The position numbers and the translations under genes were made by a program. Shown here piece by piece: positions 1 to 14,233 of a stretch of 64,000 nucleotides of DNA. Each line of letters begins with the position of its first letter. Position 1 is the stretch's first letter. The notes beneath the pieces were generated by a model. That model searched no databases. It saw nothing but the letters and a program-made list of their open reading frames with translations, and was not told where the DNA came from. The stretch spans positions 16,735,479 to 16,799,478 of the forward strand of contig NC_081393.1 of the NCBI RefSeq assembly GCF_030684315.1. The letters are read 5' to 3'. Source of the DNA: Stegostoma tigrinum (taxonomy: Eukaryota).

Positions 1-338
1 GATTCGTCAAACATGGCCAAATAGACCATTCCACACATTCATATCAATGTACTCAGATGAAGGAATAAAGAGCTGCAGTGCTGGCAGCCATGCAGGTAAG
101 AAACAGGCAAAAACTTGTTAAAAATTATACAACATGCACTCATGTACATCATATGCAACTTCTGACAGAACACAAGAGAAAAAGAGCTGTTGGACCTAGA
201 AGGCTTAAAGAACAAAGCTTCAAACATCAGGCTGTCCAAGAGATGACAAACTCTCCATCATCTTGCAGTTTTTAAGGGAGGTAAATTCAGGCTGCAAGCT
301 GGTGCCTCCACAGTGTACATGGCACTCATTCAGGAGTT

Positions 339-356
339 TTTATTTATTTATTTATT
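339..356 (-). terminator. Putative CNNM3 polyadenylation signal cluster (four overlapping AATAAA), implying a 3' UTR of about 4.8 kb
   Basis: Plus-strand TTTATT at 339, 343, 347 and 351, at the end of an AU-rich stretch downstream of the CNNM3 stop. Confidence 0.55.
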
Positions 357-2199
357 AAACTGACCTGAAATCTAATGCAACAGCTCCATCAGTACAATAC
401 AGACCCATTTCTTTTTTAAATATATATCTGCAATTTTACATTATAAATGTACATACAAATGAGAGGTACCTTTTAATTGTAATGATTAAAAAATATTTAC
501 CTGGAATGTGATTTAAAATATGTACCAGAAGCTACACAATTTTAATACATTTGTTTGTATATAAAACACAAGTGCACAAAGTAACCCTCAAAATCATTTA
601 TATGAAACCTGATGATTGCTTCCTGATTCAGAAGCTTCTAGATATACTGGGAAAACAACCAAGCATTTTGAATAAGAACTAATCTGATTTTGGCTGAATA
701 ATTGGCACTTACATTTCTTCCTAGACTCTTTGGTAAAACAGAATTTTATAAATTACTTCTTACGTATTCAAAAAGTATGTAATCACAGTGTGCTTTTGCC
801 TACAATATTTCAATGTTGCTTGCATTAAAAGAGAAGACAGAGATACCAGCCAAGGAGAAACAGAATCAGATCGAGAGACAAGAAAGCTAAATTGAACTGC
901 TTCATCACATTCTAGTTCTGTTTTCAGCTGTGACACTTACGATCAGCTGTCACGTGTGATTGGTGTTTTTGTTTTTTTCTCAGTTTCCATCCCTCCTGTC
1001 TGTTGCTGGGCTCAGCTTCTTGAACCTCATCTAGTTACCCATTCTTTAGTGATGCTGTTTGACTGTGGGACTTTGCTGCAAAGATCTGATCCTTGCACTC
1101 ACTGCAAAGCAGTCAGGAGATGAAAAGCCCGGTGTGTTTCTCACTTCCTATCTGCAGATGTCAGGCTGATTATAGTAATGCCACTCCATGTACCTGCCCA
1201 AAACCAGCTAGCTCTACATGAAGTAGAGATGGAACCTATGACTTCTTGGTTTGTGTCAGAACCTGTCTTGGTTGCACCAATACCTGTGAAAGACAAGCAG
1301 CTATGCATGTTTGCAATCCGTGTGCCACGGGTGTACATTCCACATTCTGCAGAAAATCCGATCAAAAAGATGCAAGGTTTGATCATGGTTTGCGCACCTG
1401 CCCTAAAGAAGTAGCACACTGCATGCATGATGCAGAGATGGCACAAGTCTTCAGGGAAACAAATTAGGCAGCAAGTGACCGTCTTAACTGATTACCAAGT
1501 GGCACTTGTCCAGAAACATCCACATGTTTGATCATCTGAGGTTTTAAGTCAGCAATGACTTTAGACAATAACTGCTATTCCCTTTGTTGGGAGGTCTCAA
1601 GAGATGCAGGGACAGAAGTCAAGGATCAATGCAGTGTCCCAGCCCTCTCTCTGACACGTTACTGCAGAACAGCTGAATCCACCTTCTCTCCCTCCCGCTC
1701 CATTATATCTACCTTTTTGTAACTAGCAGGCCACCAAAACCACTCAAATTGAACTGGAACTCTTACTGTGGCAGGGTTTCCTTTTTCAGAACAGTTCAGT
1801 AACAGCAGTCAAAAGCTCACTGGAAATGAGACGATAAAGTAAGCCTACAAAACTAATGCTACGCATGACCAGTCTGAGGCATTAATGAACTCTAGGTCCA
1901 AACTCAGGCTGTTTCTAATTTAAAAGATTGAATTTGTATTCATGCAACGGGGTTCTTCTCCTTCAAGTAAGAGACAGGGGAGATAGGAAACGCTCTGAGT
2001 TGGGTTGTTAATAACTTGGCCAATTTCAGTTTATTTCACTTGCTCCAACACACCAGGTTTGTCAAATTCAAATTCACGTCTTACCCCGCTGAGGGTGAAA
2101 CATGTTGACCGCTTGGCTGCATCCACTGTAGCATAATCCTTCTGCTATAATTCTGCCAGACCATCACTTTTTATTATCCTTTTGGGTGTTGCTAACTGA

Positions 2200-2830
2200 G
2201 CCAGCATATCTTGCCCAACTTTAACAGACCTTGAGAAGGTGGTGGCGAGCTAGCCTTCTCAAACTGCTGCAGTCCTGTTAGGGAGAGAAGTCCAGCATTT
2301 GACCCAGTGACGCTGAAGGAACAATGATACAGTGCCAGTTCAGGATGGCCAGTTACTTGGAGGAGAAACTTGCAGATTGTGGTGTTCCCACACATCTGTT
2401 TCCTTGTCATTCTAGATTGTAGAGGTCTTGGGTTTGTGAGATGTTGTCTAAGGAACTTGGTGAATTTCTGTAGTGCATCCTGCAGGTGATACACACTGCT
2501 GCTACTGAGCAGCTGAGTTGGAAGGAGCCAATGTTCATGGGAGTGGTACCAATGAAGCAAGTTGTCTTGTCCTGGGTGGTGTCAAGATTTGAGTGTAGCT
2601 AAAGCTGCATCCATCCAGGTAAGTGGGGAGTATTCCAACACATTCCTGACTCGTGCCTTGTCGGTGGTGGAGAGGCTTTGGGGAGTCAGGAGGCAAGGTA
2701 CACAAAACAGAATACCAAGCCTGACCTGTTGCAGTCAAGGTACTTAAGTGATGAGCCCAGTTCAGTTTCTGGTCAATGGTAACTCACAGGCCAATATTTG
2801 AGAGGGTTCAGCAATGGCAATGGTGTGGCA
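2200..2830 (-). mobile_element. Non-LTR retrotransposon (CR1/L2 group) 3' fragment; further copies at about 12950-13270, 27830-28560 and 34050-34720
   Basis: Four mutually homologous blocks (ttttgacccag..gaaggaac..tccttctaga..gggtttggaagg). The minus frames give ORF2 C-terminal-like YKMHCSN.PRLL and QHLTNPRPL. Confidence 0.7.
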
Positions 2831-5146
2831 CAAGTACAATTCAAGCCCGACTTTAACTGCAGAACAGCAGTGTGCTTTCATTGGCTTCTCCAAGTGATGG
2901 ATCAATATGCTGTAGTATTCAGAAATGCAAACTAGGTGCCCTGAAGTCCAAATACGTAAAGCTGAGTAGTTACAGGATCTTCTTTCCAACGACAGACAGC
3001 TCAGGATTCAGTATTTGATGAAAACACTCACTCCAACAGCATCGTGTCACATGCTCTCTATATAATGGAATAGGGAATGCAAATTTCGATAGCTTGTCAG
3101 TTCATGTTCCAATCTCGAGACTCAAGCCTGATGATTTCAAACAATACTTCAATACAGCAAGAAAGAAGCACTGCACCTTTGCAGCTGTCGCCAAACTGAG
3201 GCACCCATCCAATCTCAAGTTGATGTAAAACATCTTTGGTGTAGTTCTGAAGATCTGGGAGCTCTCTCTCTCATGTCCAGGTCAAGTTTTATCCCTCAAA
3301 AAAGTATGTTCATTGTCACTTCATGTTTTTGCCAGATATTTCTGCATACGGAACAGCGACTACACTTCAAAGGTATCTCACAGCCCATGAAGCTTTTTGA
3401 GGTGCCTTTGAGGTGACTATTTAAATGCAATCTTCTTCCTTCCTAGGGGAGCCTCTAGGTTTATTCACCTTCCCTTTCCAGATACCAGCAATGCCGAGAA
3501 CAATGCCATCTCTGAAGGCTTGCACCAACCCACAGTCAGACCTAAGATGAATGAAGACTCAGAGGGCTTGGAGCAGGGAGTCTAGCCAAAAGAAGGTTGA
3601 AGGCAACTAGTAATTTTCAAAAGAGTGCTCCATAAGGGATAACGTGTGCTTATCTTTCAGCTCCATCCAAAAAGAATACAAGAAACAGCCCAGTTCCCGA
3701 TTACAGAATGGAATGAATCCGTGGCCCAAAGACAACGCTCATTCTTGACCTTTCTTTATCTCTTTGTCGCTCAATAATTCATTGGTAAGCGTGAAGAATT
3801 TCAAACCAACTGAATGAGGCATTAGGTTCTAGGCAGAAGGTGATTCAATATGAAAGCACTAGTTGGCACATGTATACTGCCTGGTCAACAGTAAACGGCC
3901 TCTCCTGCAAGGATTGTGCAGAAATCTTAGCGTCTCAAAACTGATTGCTAAAACATTTTCCCATCTGGTTCCCTGAATGCATTGGTTCTTTTGGTACTCG
4001 GTCCCCCCTTTGTACTTCGTGTAAGAATCCACTCTGAGCAATCCTGAAGGGAGCATCACCTGACGACAAAGGACAAAGCTCTCCATCCTTAGCTCAATAA
4101 TATCTATCGTTCCTAAGATTAGCAGAGTTGAGGAGTCCATAAGCGTCTGTTGGCCACTTGCAGTTCAATCCACGTTATTAAAATTTGATCAGGTAACCAC
4201 AGATCACAAACTACACAATGATCCAGGCTGACAAGCCATTGCAGTACTGCGGGCAGAGCTTCAAATTTGGATATTCTAGCTTTTGAATGAAACAATTACT
4301 GCTGCTCCTGTTCTCTCAGGTGGGATGTCAAAGATCTCTCAGCAGCACTTCAAAAACAAAAGGGAGAATAATCCCCGCCTTTCCACTCGCAGCTGAAACT
4401 CTACAATTATTGCCCAAACAACTTTAAAGCAGATTATCCAGTCCTTCGCACATTACGGCTTGTAGGATCTTGCTGAGTGAGAACGGGTCTGCTGCGTTCC
4501 AGCATTACACCAGTGACAATGCTTCAAAAGCACTTTGATAGGTGTAAAGCACTTTCACATATCCTGAGATAGTAAAAATCCCTGCAGAAATGAAAGACTT
4601 TCTTTACTTCTTAAATGAAGACTTTGCATGGACAGAGAGACTTGCAAGCAACCAGAAACTCAAGAGAGAATTCATGAACCAGGGTTTTACTATAAATAGT
4701 ATTCCTCTTAGTGTGGGGGTTAAAAACAAAAGAACTGTGGTATATTCACATTCAATATTGCTCAAACACATCTGCATTCCGTAGTCTTCAAGTAACTGCT
4801 TTAGACCTCATCGTCTACGGGAGAAAAGTGATGTAAACCTTTTTGTCTCTTATACTGTAATCCTTCCAAGTCTAAAAATCACAGAAAGAGTTCTATCTGA
4901 GGAATTAGTCACGGTTAGTTGTCTTAGCATTATAAATGCCACCGTCTTTTCATGATGCACAAAGTCTACAAAAATAAGAGAGTCCTTTCTCCAACCCATC
5001 CCAAACCCACTTTGCAACAAATTACAGTTTGTCCAGCAAATGGATGGCCATAGCTCCAGCCAGGCACTAGCACGGTACATTCGCAGCTTACTGAAGTGGT
5101 GTGGCTTTGGACACAGAAGTCAAATACCCTCGCATATTCTCTTAGG

Positions 5147-5208
5147 TTAGACACCATCATCCCTCTCTGGACTGTCTTCTTCGCTTTGTGGTTTACGTCT
5201 GCTGGTAC
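5147..5208 (-). CDS. CNNM3: CNNM3 terminal coding exon 8
   Basis: Long polypyrimidine tract, then ttgtcag|GT. (S)TSRRKPQSEEDSPERDDGV*, with TAA at 5149-5147. Phase fits exon 7; the GV* ending matches human CNNM3 as recalled. Confidence 0.82.
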
Positions 5209-6285
5209 CTGACAACAATAATTAGGGAAAAAAGAAAAACAAAAGAAAAGTCAACCTTTTGTCAAAGATAACCCATGTGAGATCTGAGATGTTATGCAGT
5301 TTGTCTGACAGTGACTCATAGCCCAGAGGATAACGGTGGGTAAAAGCAGTGAGCAGGCTCCAGCTCAGATAGTTTCTCTATTGCTCCACTTTTCGTCTTT
5401 CTCTGTGAAATCTAAATGGCCTATGGGATACACCATGGTTTTCTCTTGCTCTCCATCAAGAGAAAACAGACAGCTCTAACAGATAGCCATCATTCATTTT
5501 CAGAACTCGCCAGATGCTCAGCCTGTCTCTCTCACTAGCTAAATTACAAAGGGCAATGGATACAGAGGACGGATGGATGATGAGATTATGAACCAGAAGT
5601 TATTGTTATTTTACACTTGGATTTGTTCCTCAAATAAGAGCCCAGATTGTCCCAGTTCAAGTGCCAGTGGTCTCACAGATGCCTCTAGCGTTTACACATG
5701 CAATTCCCTGTCGTGATGTCTCTTCGTTCCAGCACAGCCTCCAGTGGTTGACAACCTCTCCCTAAGCTACCATTTTCATCGTCATCTTGAGTCAAACAAA
5801 GACAGTCGTGTAGGGTGACATCTTCCTCCTGAACTGAAAATCTTTTCTCATAATTCCCAACTCCTAAAAGCTGGTTTAGCTTCACCACTGTCTCCCCCAT
5901 GCCAGAACTGCAGCAATGTCACCGCATTTGAGGCGGCCATTAGGTCAGTCATGCCGGCTCTCAGCCTATGTCCCTTCTCTGCCTTTTCCTCTCGCGATGA
6001 AATTCTATCCTGTCTCAATTTTAAATGATTATTCCTATTTTTTGTAACTATGCCCATCAGTCTGAAGCTTCCTCACTCACAAAAATATTCTCTCAACACC
6101 CACCTGGTAAAGCTCCCTCAGAATTTTCCGTGTTTCAACAGGTTCACCTCTCACTCAAATTCTGATGAATAAAGGCCTAACCTATTCAGCCAATCTTAAA
6201 GTCAACCCTTCATTCCAGTCTAGTTAATCTCTTTTGAACAGCCTCCAAACAATGAAGGCCAGCACATCAAAAAAAGAGCACTCAC

Positions 6286-6421
6286 TTCTGGAGGAGTTTT
6301 GATCTTTGAGCAAATTCGCTTGACTGCTGGGAATCACTTTCAGCTCAAATGTATCTGGCGACAGTGAAGAACTGTGTATTCTCGAGGCCATAATCGCATT
6401 TAAATACTGCAGCCGAGTAAC
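6286..6421 (-). CDS. CNNM3: CNNM3 coding exon 7
   Basis: Acceptor tttcccctcag|GTT. VTRLQYLNAIMASRIHSSSLSPDTFELKVIPSSQANLLKDQNSSR. Donor A|GTGAGT; 136 nt. Confidence 0.9.
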
Positions 6422-6871
6422 CTGAGGGGAAACAAAAGAGAGTCTACAACTGCCCTTGCTTAACAGTGGTGAACAATAGATAGACAGGCAGGCAAAATTA
6501 GTGAGTTGCTCCAATTAATATTCAGAATGCAAACTCCCTTCCAAAAAGATGCAGACTCTATACAGAATTCCAAAACAAAGGGCTCCTCAGTAATGAGCCA
6601 GAAGGCCTGGTACAAAACCTAGCTAGTCCAGTGTGCCGTAATACACGTGAATAGGCTGTTTAAAAACATCTAGAATTGTACAACTGTAATCTGTGTAAAA
6701 TGAGAAAGAGCTGCTCCAACAGGGGAGGTGGACCAGAAATCTGACTTGTCTCTTTGCTGTTAGATGACAACAGGCCATCTCCACCTCTCCACCGCATGAC
6801 TGCAACATTTTCAGCTTTGCTTCACTTGGTTTTCTTTTCCCTTCCTTTACCTTTTCTAGATGCAACCTCAC

Positions 6872-7017
6872 CTTCAGAACTTGAAGGTCATTTAGTGCTC
6901 TCACAGTGTAATCAGGGCAGTACATGGAAAAGTTTGCATTCTCCCCAGATTCCAGGAGGTCCTTGGAGAACGGGTCTCGCCGACTCCACTTCACATTGGT
7001 GGCTGGTGACTGATGAA
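6872..7017 (-). CDS. CNNM3: CNNM3 coding exon 6
   Basis: Acceptor ctctttttctcag|TT. (V)HQSPATNVKWSRRDPFSKDLLESGENANFSMYCPDYTVRALNDLQVLK. Donor AAG|GTGAG; 146 nt. Confidence 0.92.
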
Positions 7018-7469
7018 CTGAGAAAAAGAGAGTTAAACGAGCACCACAGTTGTGAAACACACAGTAGTTACAGAGGTTCTGCGACAAATTCAGCAAGCGT
7101 CCAAGCCCTCTACTCTTGACAATGCACAGTGAGTTTAGACTAAGTGTCATGGAACTAGAGTGCAGGAGTCAGATGGGCCATGCATGCAGATGAAATTCAA
7201 TTCCATTTTAAAAACCAAATATTCGAGATTATCTTTTTACTTCCATTCTAAACAACAACACTGCATTTATAATCGATGTTGGTCAAGTGCAGTGTAAAAA
7301 TGTCACACACCTGGTGTGTTTACTTATCAGAGACAGCATTTCACAAGAGATAAAATGTCCACAAGCAACAGATCTGCAGAGTAAAATACAACTGTAGTTA
7401 GCCAGGAGAATGAGCTCTAAACATACAAGTACGGGAGACAATGATTCAGATCATACAGCTTAGATCATC

Positions 7470-8650
7470 ATTCTATCAAAAGCTCCCAGGACAGGTATAG
7501 CACCAAGTTAGATAAGAGCAATGCTTCCACGATACCATCCCCATCAAATACTCCCAGAACAGGAAGGAGGAGCACTGGGCCCAAAACAGTAACACTTGTT
7601 TTCTCTCCCCAGGTGCTACCAGATCTGAGTCTCTTCAGCAATTCCAGGTTTTGTTTCAGGTACAGTACATGGTAAGGATTCAGAACTTTCCTCTACTCTT
7701 TTAAACTGAAAGTGGAGGTCCCTCAACACTGTCCCCACCAAATGCCCCTAGGACAGAGGCAGATATAAGTGAAGCTCCCTCCACCCTTTTAAATTGATAG
7801 TAAAGCTCCCCTCCACAATGTCCCCTTTAACAGCTCCCAGGACAGGGACAACACAGGGTTAGATAGTGAATCTTCCTCTACTCTTCTATACCAAAAGTAA
7901 AGCTCCCTCTTCAAAGTCTCCACCAAACATCCCCAGGACATGGACAGCACAGGGTTAGGTCGTGCAGAGCTTCCACTACTTTCTTAAACTGAAAGTAAAG
8001 CTTTCTGAACATTGGTAAAGGGGTTGGACAGAGTTAAACTCCCTCTATTCTTTTAAAGTGTCAGTACTGCCCCTACTATTTATTTTAAACTAAGTAAAGC
8101 AGCCTCAAAGCTGACCCCATCACACATCCACAGACCAGGGACAGCACGAGGTAACATACAGAGTAAAGTTCTCTCCGCATTATCTCCAAACAGGGACAGT
8201 ACAGGGTTAAATGGCAAGCAAAACACCCTCTATTCTTGAGCTGAAATTAAAGCTCTGTCCACAGTGTCCCCATCGAACATCCCCAAAGACTGGGACAGCA
8301 CAAGGTTTAGATACACAGTAAAGCTGCCTCAACTCCTTTCATTTGAAATTCAAGCACCCTCGACACTGTTACCACCAAATACTGCTGAAGTCAGGTACAA
8401 TGGAAAGTACTACTTTTAAACTGGAAGTAAAACTGCCTCCACGCTGTCTACATCAAACACTCCCAGGGCAAGGACAACACAGGGTTAAACACAGAGTACA
8501 ACTACCTCTACACTTTTCACCTGCAAGTGAAGCTGCCTCTAAACTGCCCACAAACACTCCTAGCACATGTGCTATTAGATACAAAACAAAGCTCTCTCTA
8601 TGGTGCCTGTATCAAGTACTTAGAGGACAGCTCCAACACAGTGCCTTTCA
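7470..8650 (+). repeat. Degenerate composite minisatellite (about 68-bp and 31-bp units) in CNNM3 intron 5
   Basis: About a dozen decayed copies of gtaaagctccctctacactgtccccatcaaacactcccaggacagggacagcacagggttagatacaga, interleaved with gtaaagctccctctactcttttaaactgaaa. Confidence 0.8.
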
Positions 8651-8705
8651 CCACCAATCTCATGCCCCCCAACAACCAGTCTCACCCACCCCTATCCTCT
8701 TGCTA

Positions 8706-8945
<240 letters not shown>

Positions 8946-10783
8946 TCAAGAGCAGATTTACAACACATTATTATTGATTGTAACAAGAATGCAACAACAC
9001 TTTCTATTACACAGCAAAGCAGATATGGACAGGGGACATACCTGAAGAGTTTTTTTAAGACAGAAATATTGAAAAAGGTTTCACGATGTTAACAAGTGAA
9101 AAGACTGCAATATTATTGTCACGAGCAGTGTCACACAACAACTATGCTGAGTTACTGACGTTCAGCTACGTATCTTGGCCAAAGAATTCATCAACAGTAT
9201 AGCATCCCAACTACAGACTAAGAAATACAATGTGTAATATTTTGTCATTTCAGAACTGCTGTTGCCAGTTTGCACACAGCAAATTCCCACGAACAGCAGT
9301 AAGAACCAGATCACCTGTTTCTTAGTCATGTTGTTTAGTGTATACATATTAGCCAGGACAGTGGGGAGAACAGCTTTGTTCTTCTTTGAAATGGTGCCAT
9401 GGGATATAGGGAATTAGAGCAGGGTTAGGCCATTTGGTCCATCTAGCCCTTTCCAGATCAACCAAGAACCTATCAGGATCCCGTCTCCAGTCTACCTACA
9501 ATGTATGCTTCATGTGAAAGATGACAGCCCCGACAATACTGAAGGACTGCACTTGTGCTGTTTGCACAGACACCTCTGCATAGAGTGGCGGCATGACTGG
9601 GTATTAAAGTGGGCAGACAAAAAGATAGAACATCCCACTTCGCATTTTTAGTAAAGTCTGCACAAAAGGAGTTGCCAGGCATTGTAAATATTAGAGCCTA
9701 AGTTTTCAGTGCAGGGTCCCTGAACCTCTGTTGCCCTTTGGCCCACATGTTACTGGTCCCCGAAAGAACAGCAACATTTTCATTATTAAAGTCAACTTTA
9801 CAGTCTTGTGCCAGCCCAACACCAAGCTTTTGCTCTCTCATGTTCCCAAACACAGTTACCACTCCCTGACACCAGTTGACTCTTTGCTCCTCAAAAATAA
9901 GTCTTTCCAAAGCTGCATATCTCCTTAGTCCTCAATCCCTCTGACTGATCACCCACTCTACTTACACTCACCCTGCCCTCTCTGCTAGTTCTAAGTGCCA
10001 CTACATTATGCTCGGCACAGAATTAGCTATGATATGAGGCACAGAAATGAATTATTCGGCACAATCAATCCATTTCCAATGACAATGCCCCAATCCTTTT
10101 CGTTTCTTTTTTGCCTGCACATTGTGTTATGCACCAGTTAAATAGACACACATGCAAATTGGGGTTTCAAGTTTAAACAGGATGTCCTTTCCTTTTCGTT
10201 CTTCTTCCCACAACCTCACTGCCCTGCTAAACCCCATTTCAATATCATTCTTCCTCTGCACAAGCCTTTGCGAATGACATCAGTGAGACTGCATGTGATG
10301 ACACAGCATGTCTGGAATTGTGCACATAGATGTTTCTGGATTAACATGCATGGACAATGAGTGCAGTTTTGTGTGCCATTAGACACTATTGCATTTTCCA
10401 TGGGATGTGCGTGTCACTGGCATCCTGATTATCCTTCAACTGGTTTGCATGGCGATTTCAGAGGGTAGTTAGGAGCCAAACAGATGACTGTGGTTTGAAA
10501 TTATATGGAGGCCAGGCCACACATTTGATGGCTGATGTCCTTCCATAAATTATCGTTGAATGTCCTTTTATCATAGTTGCGTGATCAGCATTACTGACAA
10601 AACCAGCTTGCAATTTCAGGTTTTATCAATTCACTGAATTTAAATGCCTGGCAAGTGGGATTTGAATCTGTGATCCCAAATTACTCACCTGGGCCTCTGG
10701 ATCTCTCAACCAGTGATATTATCAGTACTTCACATTCCACTCCTCCTTGGGCCTCCACCCAGCTTTCCTCCTCTTTTCTACTA

Positions 10784-11095
<312 letters not shown>

Positions 11096-11822
11096 TTATA
11101 GCAGTATAGCAGCAAAATTAAACGAACATGCTCAGTACCAGAGTGACAAACTTCGCTGCAGTTAATAGTTAATGAAGCAAGGATTCTTCAAATGGGAACG
11201 GGGTGGGGGAGAATGGCTTGAAGAGAACAAACTCACTGATTTTATAATCCCACATGAACAACTAAAGGCAGACTCTCAGCTGTTCCTCTCAGCAGTAAAT
11301 AGCACATTATTCACATTAGTGTTTAAATAGAAAATCACATTGGCATACAATCTGAATGACAACAAATGAACACATTTGCTATTATTCAGCAGCACCGCAT
11401 TAAAGTGGGAGTAAAATCAATCAAGCCTGTAATACAAGAAATATAATTTCTGTCGTACGTACATCATTCATTCCCTGCACCAGTTCCCAACTATCTACAG
11501 CTCCCCCCACCTACACACGCACACAGACACACACACACGCACAGAGACATGCACACACAGAGCAACAATGCAAGATTTCAGTCTTTGATCTCTCAGCCAA
11601 CACCAGACAGTATTACAAATTTCAGCACAGCGCTGATCTCCCCAAACACTTTTGCCAGGCTAAAACTAAAAGCCTGTCAACTAAGTAGCTGACTTGCCCT
11701 TCAAACTCACAGATTTTTCTCTTCAGAAAACATTGCACATTTTGGAGAGGAACCAAAGACACTTACACTCTACCACCCCTCTCACAACCCAGCCTTTTCC
11801 CCAGCAGTAACTGTCTCCCTAC

Positions 11823-11975
11823 CTCTGGATAAGAAGCGCTGAGTTGCTAGTAAAAGCTGGGGTGAAATCTTTCCCTTTAGATCGATATCAGGCACCTTAA
11901 AAAATGAGACTTCTTCCTTCTTGCGCTCAACAGAAGTGCTGATGGGAGCAGGCTTTTTCTTCACCTTGACCTGCG
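11823..11975 (-). CDS. CNNM3: CNNM3 coding exon 3
   Basis: Acceptor cttctacag|CG. (T)QVKVKKKPAPISTSVERKKEEVSFFKVPDIDLKGKISPQLLLATQRFLSR. Donor G|GTAGG; 153 nt. Confidence 0.9.
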
Positions 11976-14128
11976 CTGTAGAAGGAACAGAAAATTGAAA
12001 AAACAACTGGAACTGACTGAGAGTCTTTGAGCCACTTGTGATTTGCTCCCAATCCTCTGCTACCATCTCAGCAAATCAACACAGGTCATTCCCATTTGAA
12101 ATGTCAATCATTTTTCATGTGAGATCCCAGCTTAAAAAAAGAGCACCATCCATCATGAAGCTCACGTGCACCCTTCAAAGGCCAGAAGATTATTCTCTGT
12201 GACTGTCGGATGATCGACACCAAGTGTGTTCTGCACTATTGGAGATGCGATACTGAAGAAGCACTGCATCAGAGGGGGAGGACCGCGGGACCACTGTATC
12301 ATTGGAGAAGCACTACAGTTGGGAATGTAGAGCTGTTAAAGAGGGACAGTCTTTGTAGTCTAAGGGCCTTTTCTCAGCTTTGATTACTTGTATCTTTACG
12401 GGCTGGAAATCAATATTATTGCACAAGAGTCACAATGCTGTATAACTGATTTCTGTGCCCTCGATTGAGGAGCCTGAAGCTAGGTGGCACTTTCACAAAA
12501 GGCAGAACATTACTGAGCAGGTACAATGAGCAGTTACAGAGGCAAATGGCACTTTAGTCTTAATTGCCAATGGAACGGAATCAAGAAAGTCAGGCTCCAA
12601 ACGTACAGGGCTTTAATGAGGCCACATCTGGAATTGTGGATGCAGTCCATATTTTAGGAAGGATAGACTTGCCCTGAAATTGGTGCCAATGTTGTAACTG
12701 TCAACTGTCATTCAAAACCCACGTGGTTCACTCCTCCTTTAAGAAATTTGCTTGTGGTAACTAAAAGGTAAAGTCGCCATAATCCTACCATTAGAGATGC
12801 ACAACTGGTTGTGATTTAACCCGAGGGTCACTGAGGTGAGGGGAGAGGTTGCGAAGGGAAGTCCCTCACAGGTAACTTCAGCCAGTGCAGGAATTAACCC
12901 AAGCTGTTGGCATCGCTCTGTATCGCAAACCAGCCAACTGAGATTTTTTCTAATTATTCATTTCGTGGGATGTGGGCGACACTGCCTGGCGGGCATTTCT
13001 CACCCATCCCTAGTTGCCCTTGAGAAGGTGATGGTGAGCTGCCTTCTTGAGCCGCTGCATTCCTCCTGCTGTGGGTTGACCTACAATGCTATGAGGGGGG
13101 GAATTCCAGGATTTTGACCCAGCGACAGTGAAGAAACGGTCAGGGTGGCGAGTGGCTTGGAAAGGAGCTTGGAGGTGGTGGTGTTCCCATGTATCTGCTG
13201 CCCTTGTCCTTCTAGATGGAAATGGTCATGGGTTTGGAAGGCACTGCCTGAGGATCATTGGTGGATTTCCTCAAAGTCGGAGATAACAGAAGTGACAGGA
13301 GTAAAGTCTTTTCACAAGGGGTCAGATTGGAAGACACAACAGCAGAATGCAGGCTCAGTTGGGGTTTTCTACAGGGAATGTGACTGCCATCTGTAAAGGA
13401 AGAACGTGCAGGATTACAGCGAGAAGATGGAGAATGGCACAGAGATGCTTATTCAGAGAACCAGTACAAATAGTGGGGCAAATGGCCTACTGCTGCACCA
13501 TAAAAAAAAATCACACGAGCTTCAAGGCAGCGGCACACCCTCACGTTTTCAAAGGGAAAAAGAGCAATAAATGCCTGTCTTGCTTGTAGCACCAATGTCC
13601 CTGGAATGAATTTGCACAAGAAAGTAGAAGGAAATTGATCCATCCTCTGCTTTACAGGGTGTCCTGTGGTGAATCAGCATTAGTGTTGCAGTTTTTGGTG
13701 TAATGTAAGTCATACTAAACATGTATGTAACCTTGGTTAGGACCACACAAGTCGTGTTTGGGCTACTAAAGAAAGAACTTGAGCGGCACCAAAGGGCAAG
13801 AAAAAAGTATGCTAAAAGTCCAAGAACTGAGATACACGTGAAAAAAAAGTGGACAGACTGGGGGCTCTCTGCTCTAAGCAGGTCCAAGTTCAAGATCATG
13901 GATAATTTTGATAGGACAGATACACGTAAATTTCCAAGAGCAGGAAATACCAGAACCAGCAGCCATAAATCAATGGTGGTCACTTATAAATCCAACAGGA
14001 AATTCAAGAGAAACGGTTGGACTGTGGAACACACAAACACAGTGGAAATTTGAGATCATCAGCAGAGATGCGTTTAATGGCAAGGCAGATCAACAAGACA
14101 GAGAAACAAACAGAAGGATATGCTGAAT

Positions 14129-14233
14129 ATGCATTTCTGAAAAAAAGGGTCTGGGTTCAAAACGTCAGCCTTTACACTCCTCTGATGCTGCTTGGCCTGC
14201 TGTGTTCATCCAGCTCTGACACCTTGTTATCTT
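14129..14233 (+). mobile_element. Penelope-terminus mini-insertion, about 105 bp
   Basis: Homologous to the PLE 3' end at 51985-52090. 17-bp TSD AGAAGGA(T/C)ATGCTGAAT at 14112-14128 and 14234-14250. Confidence 0.75.

Noticed and set aside
7470-8650. Repeat-spacer look suggesting a CRISPR-like array
   Set aside because: Vertebrate intron, degenerate units, 'spacers' that are themselves repeated, and no cas genes.
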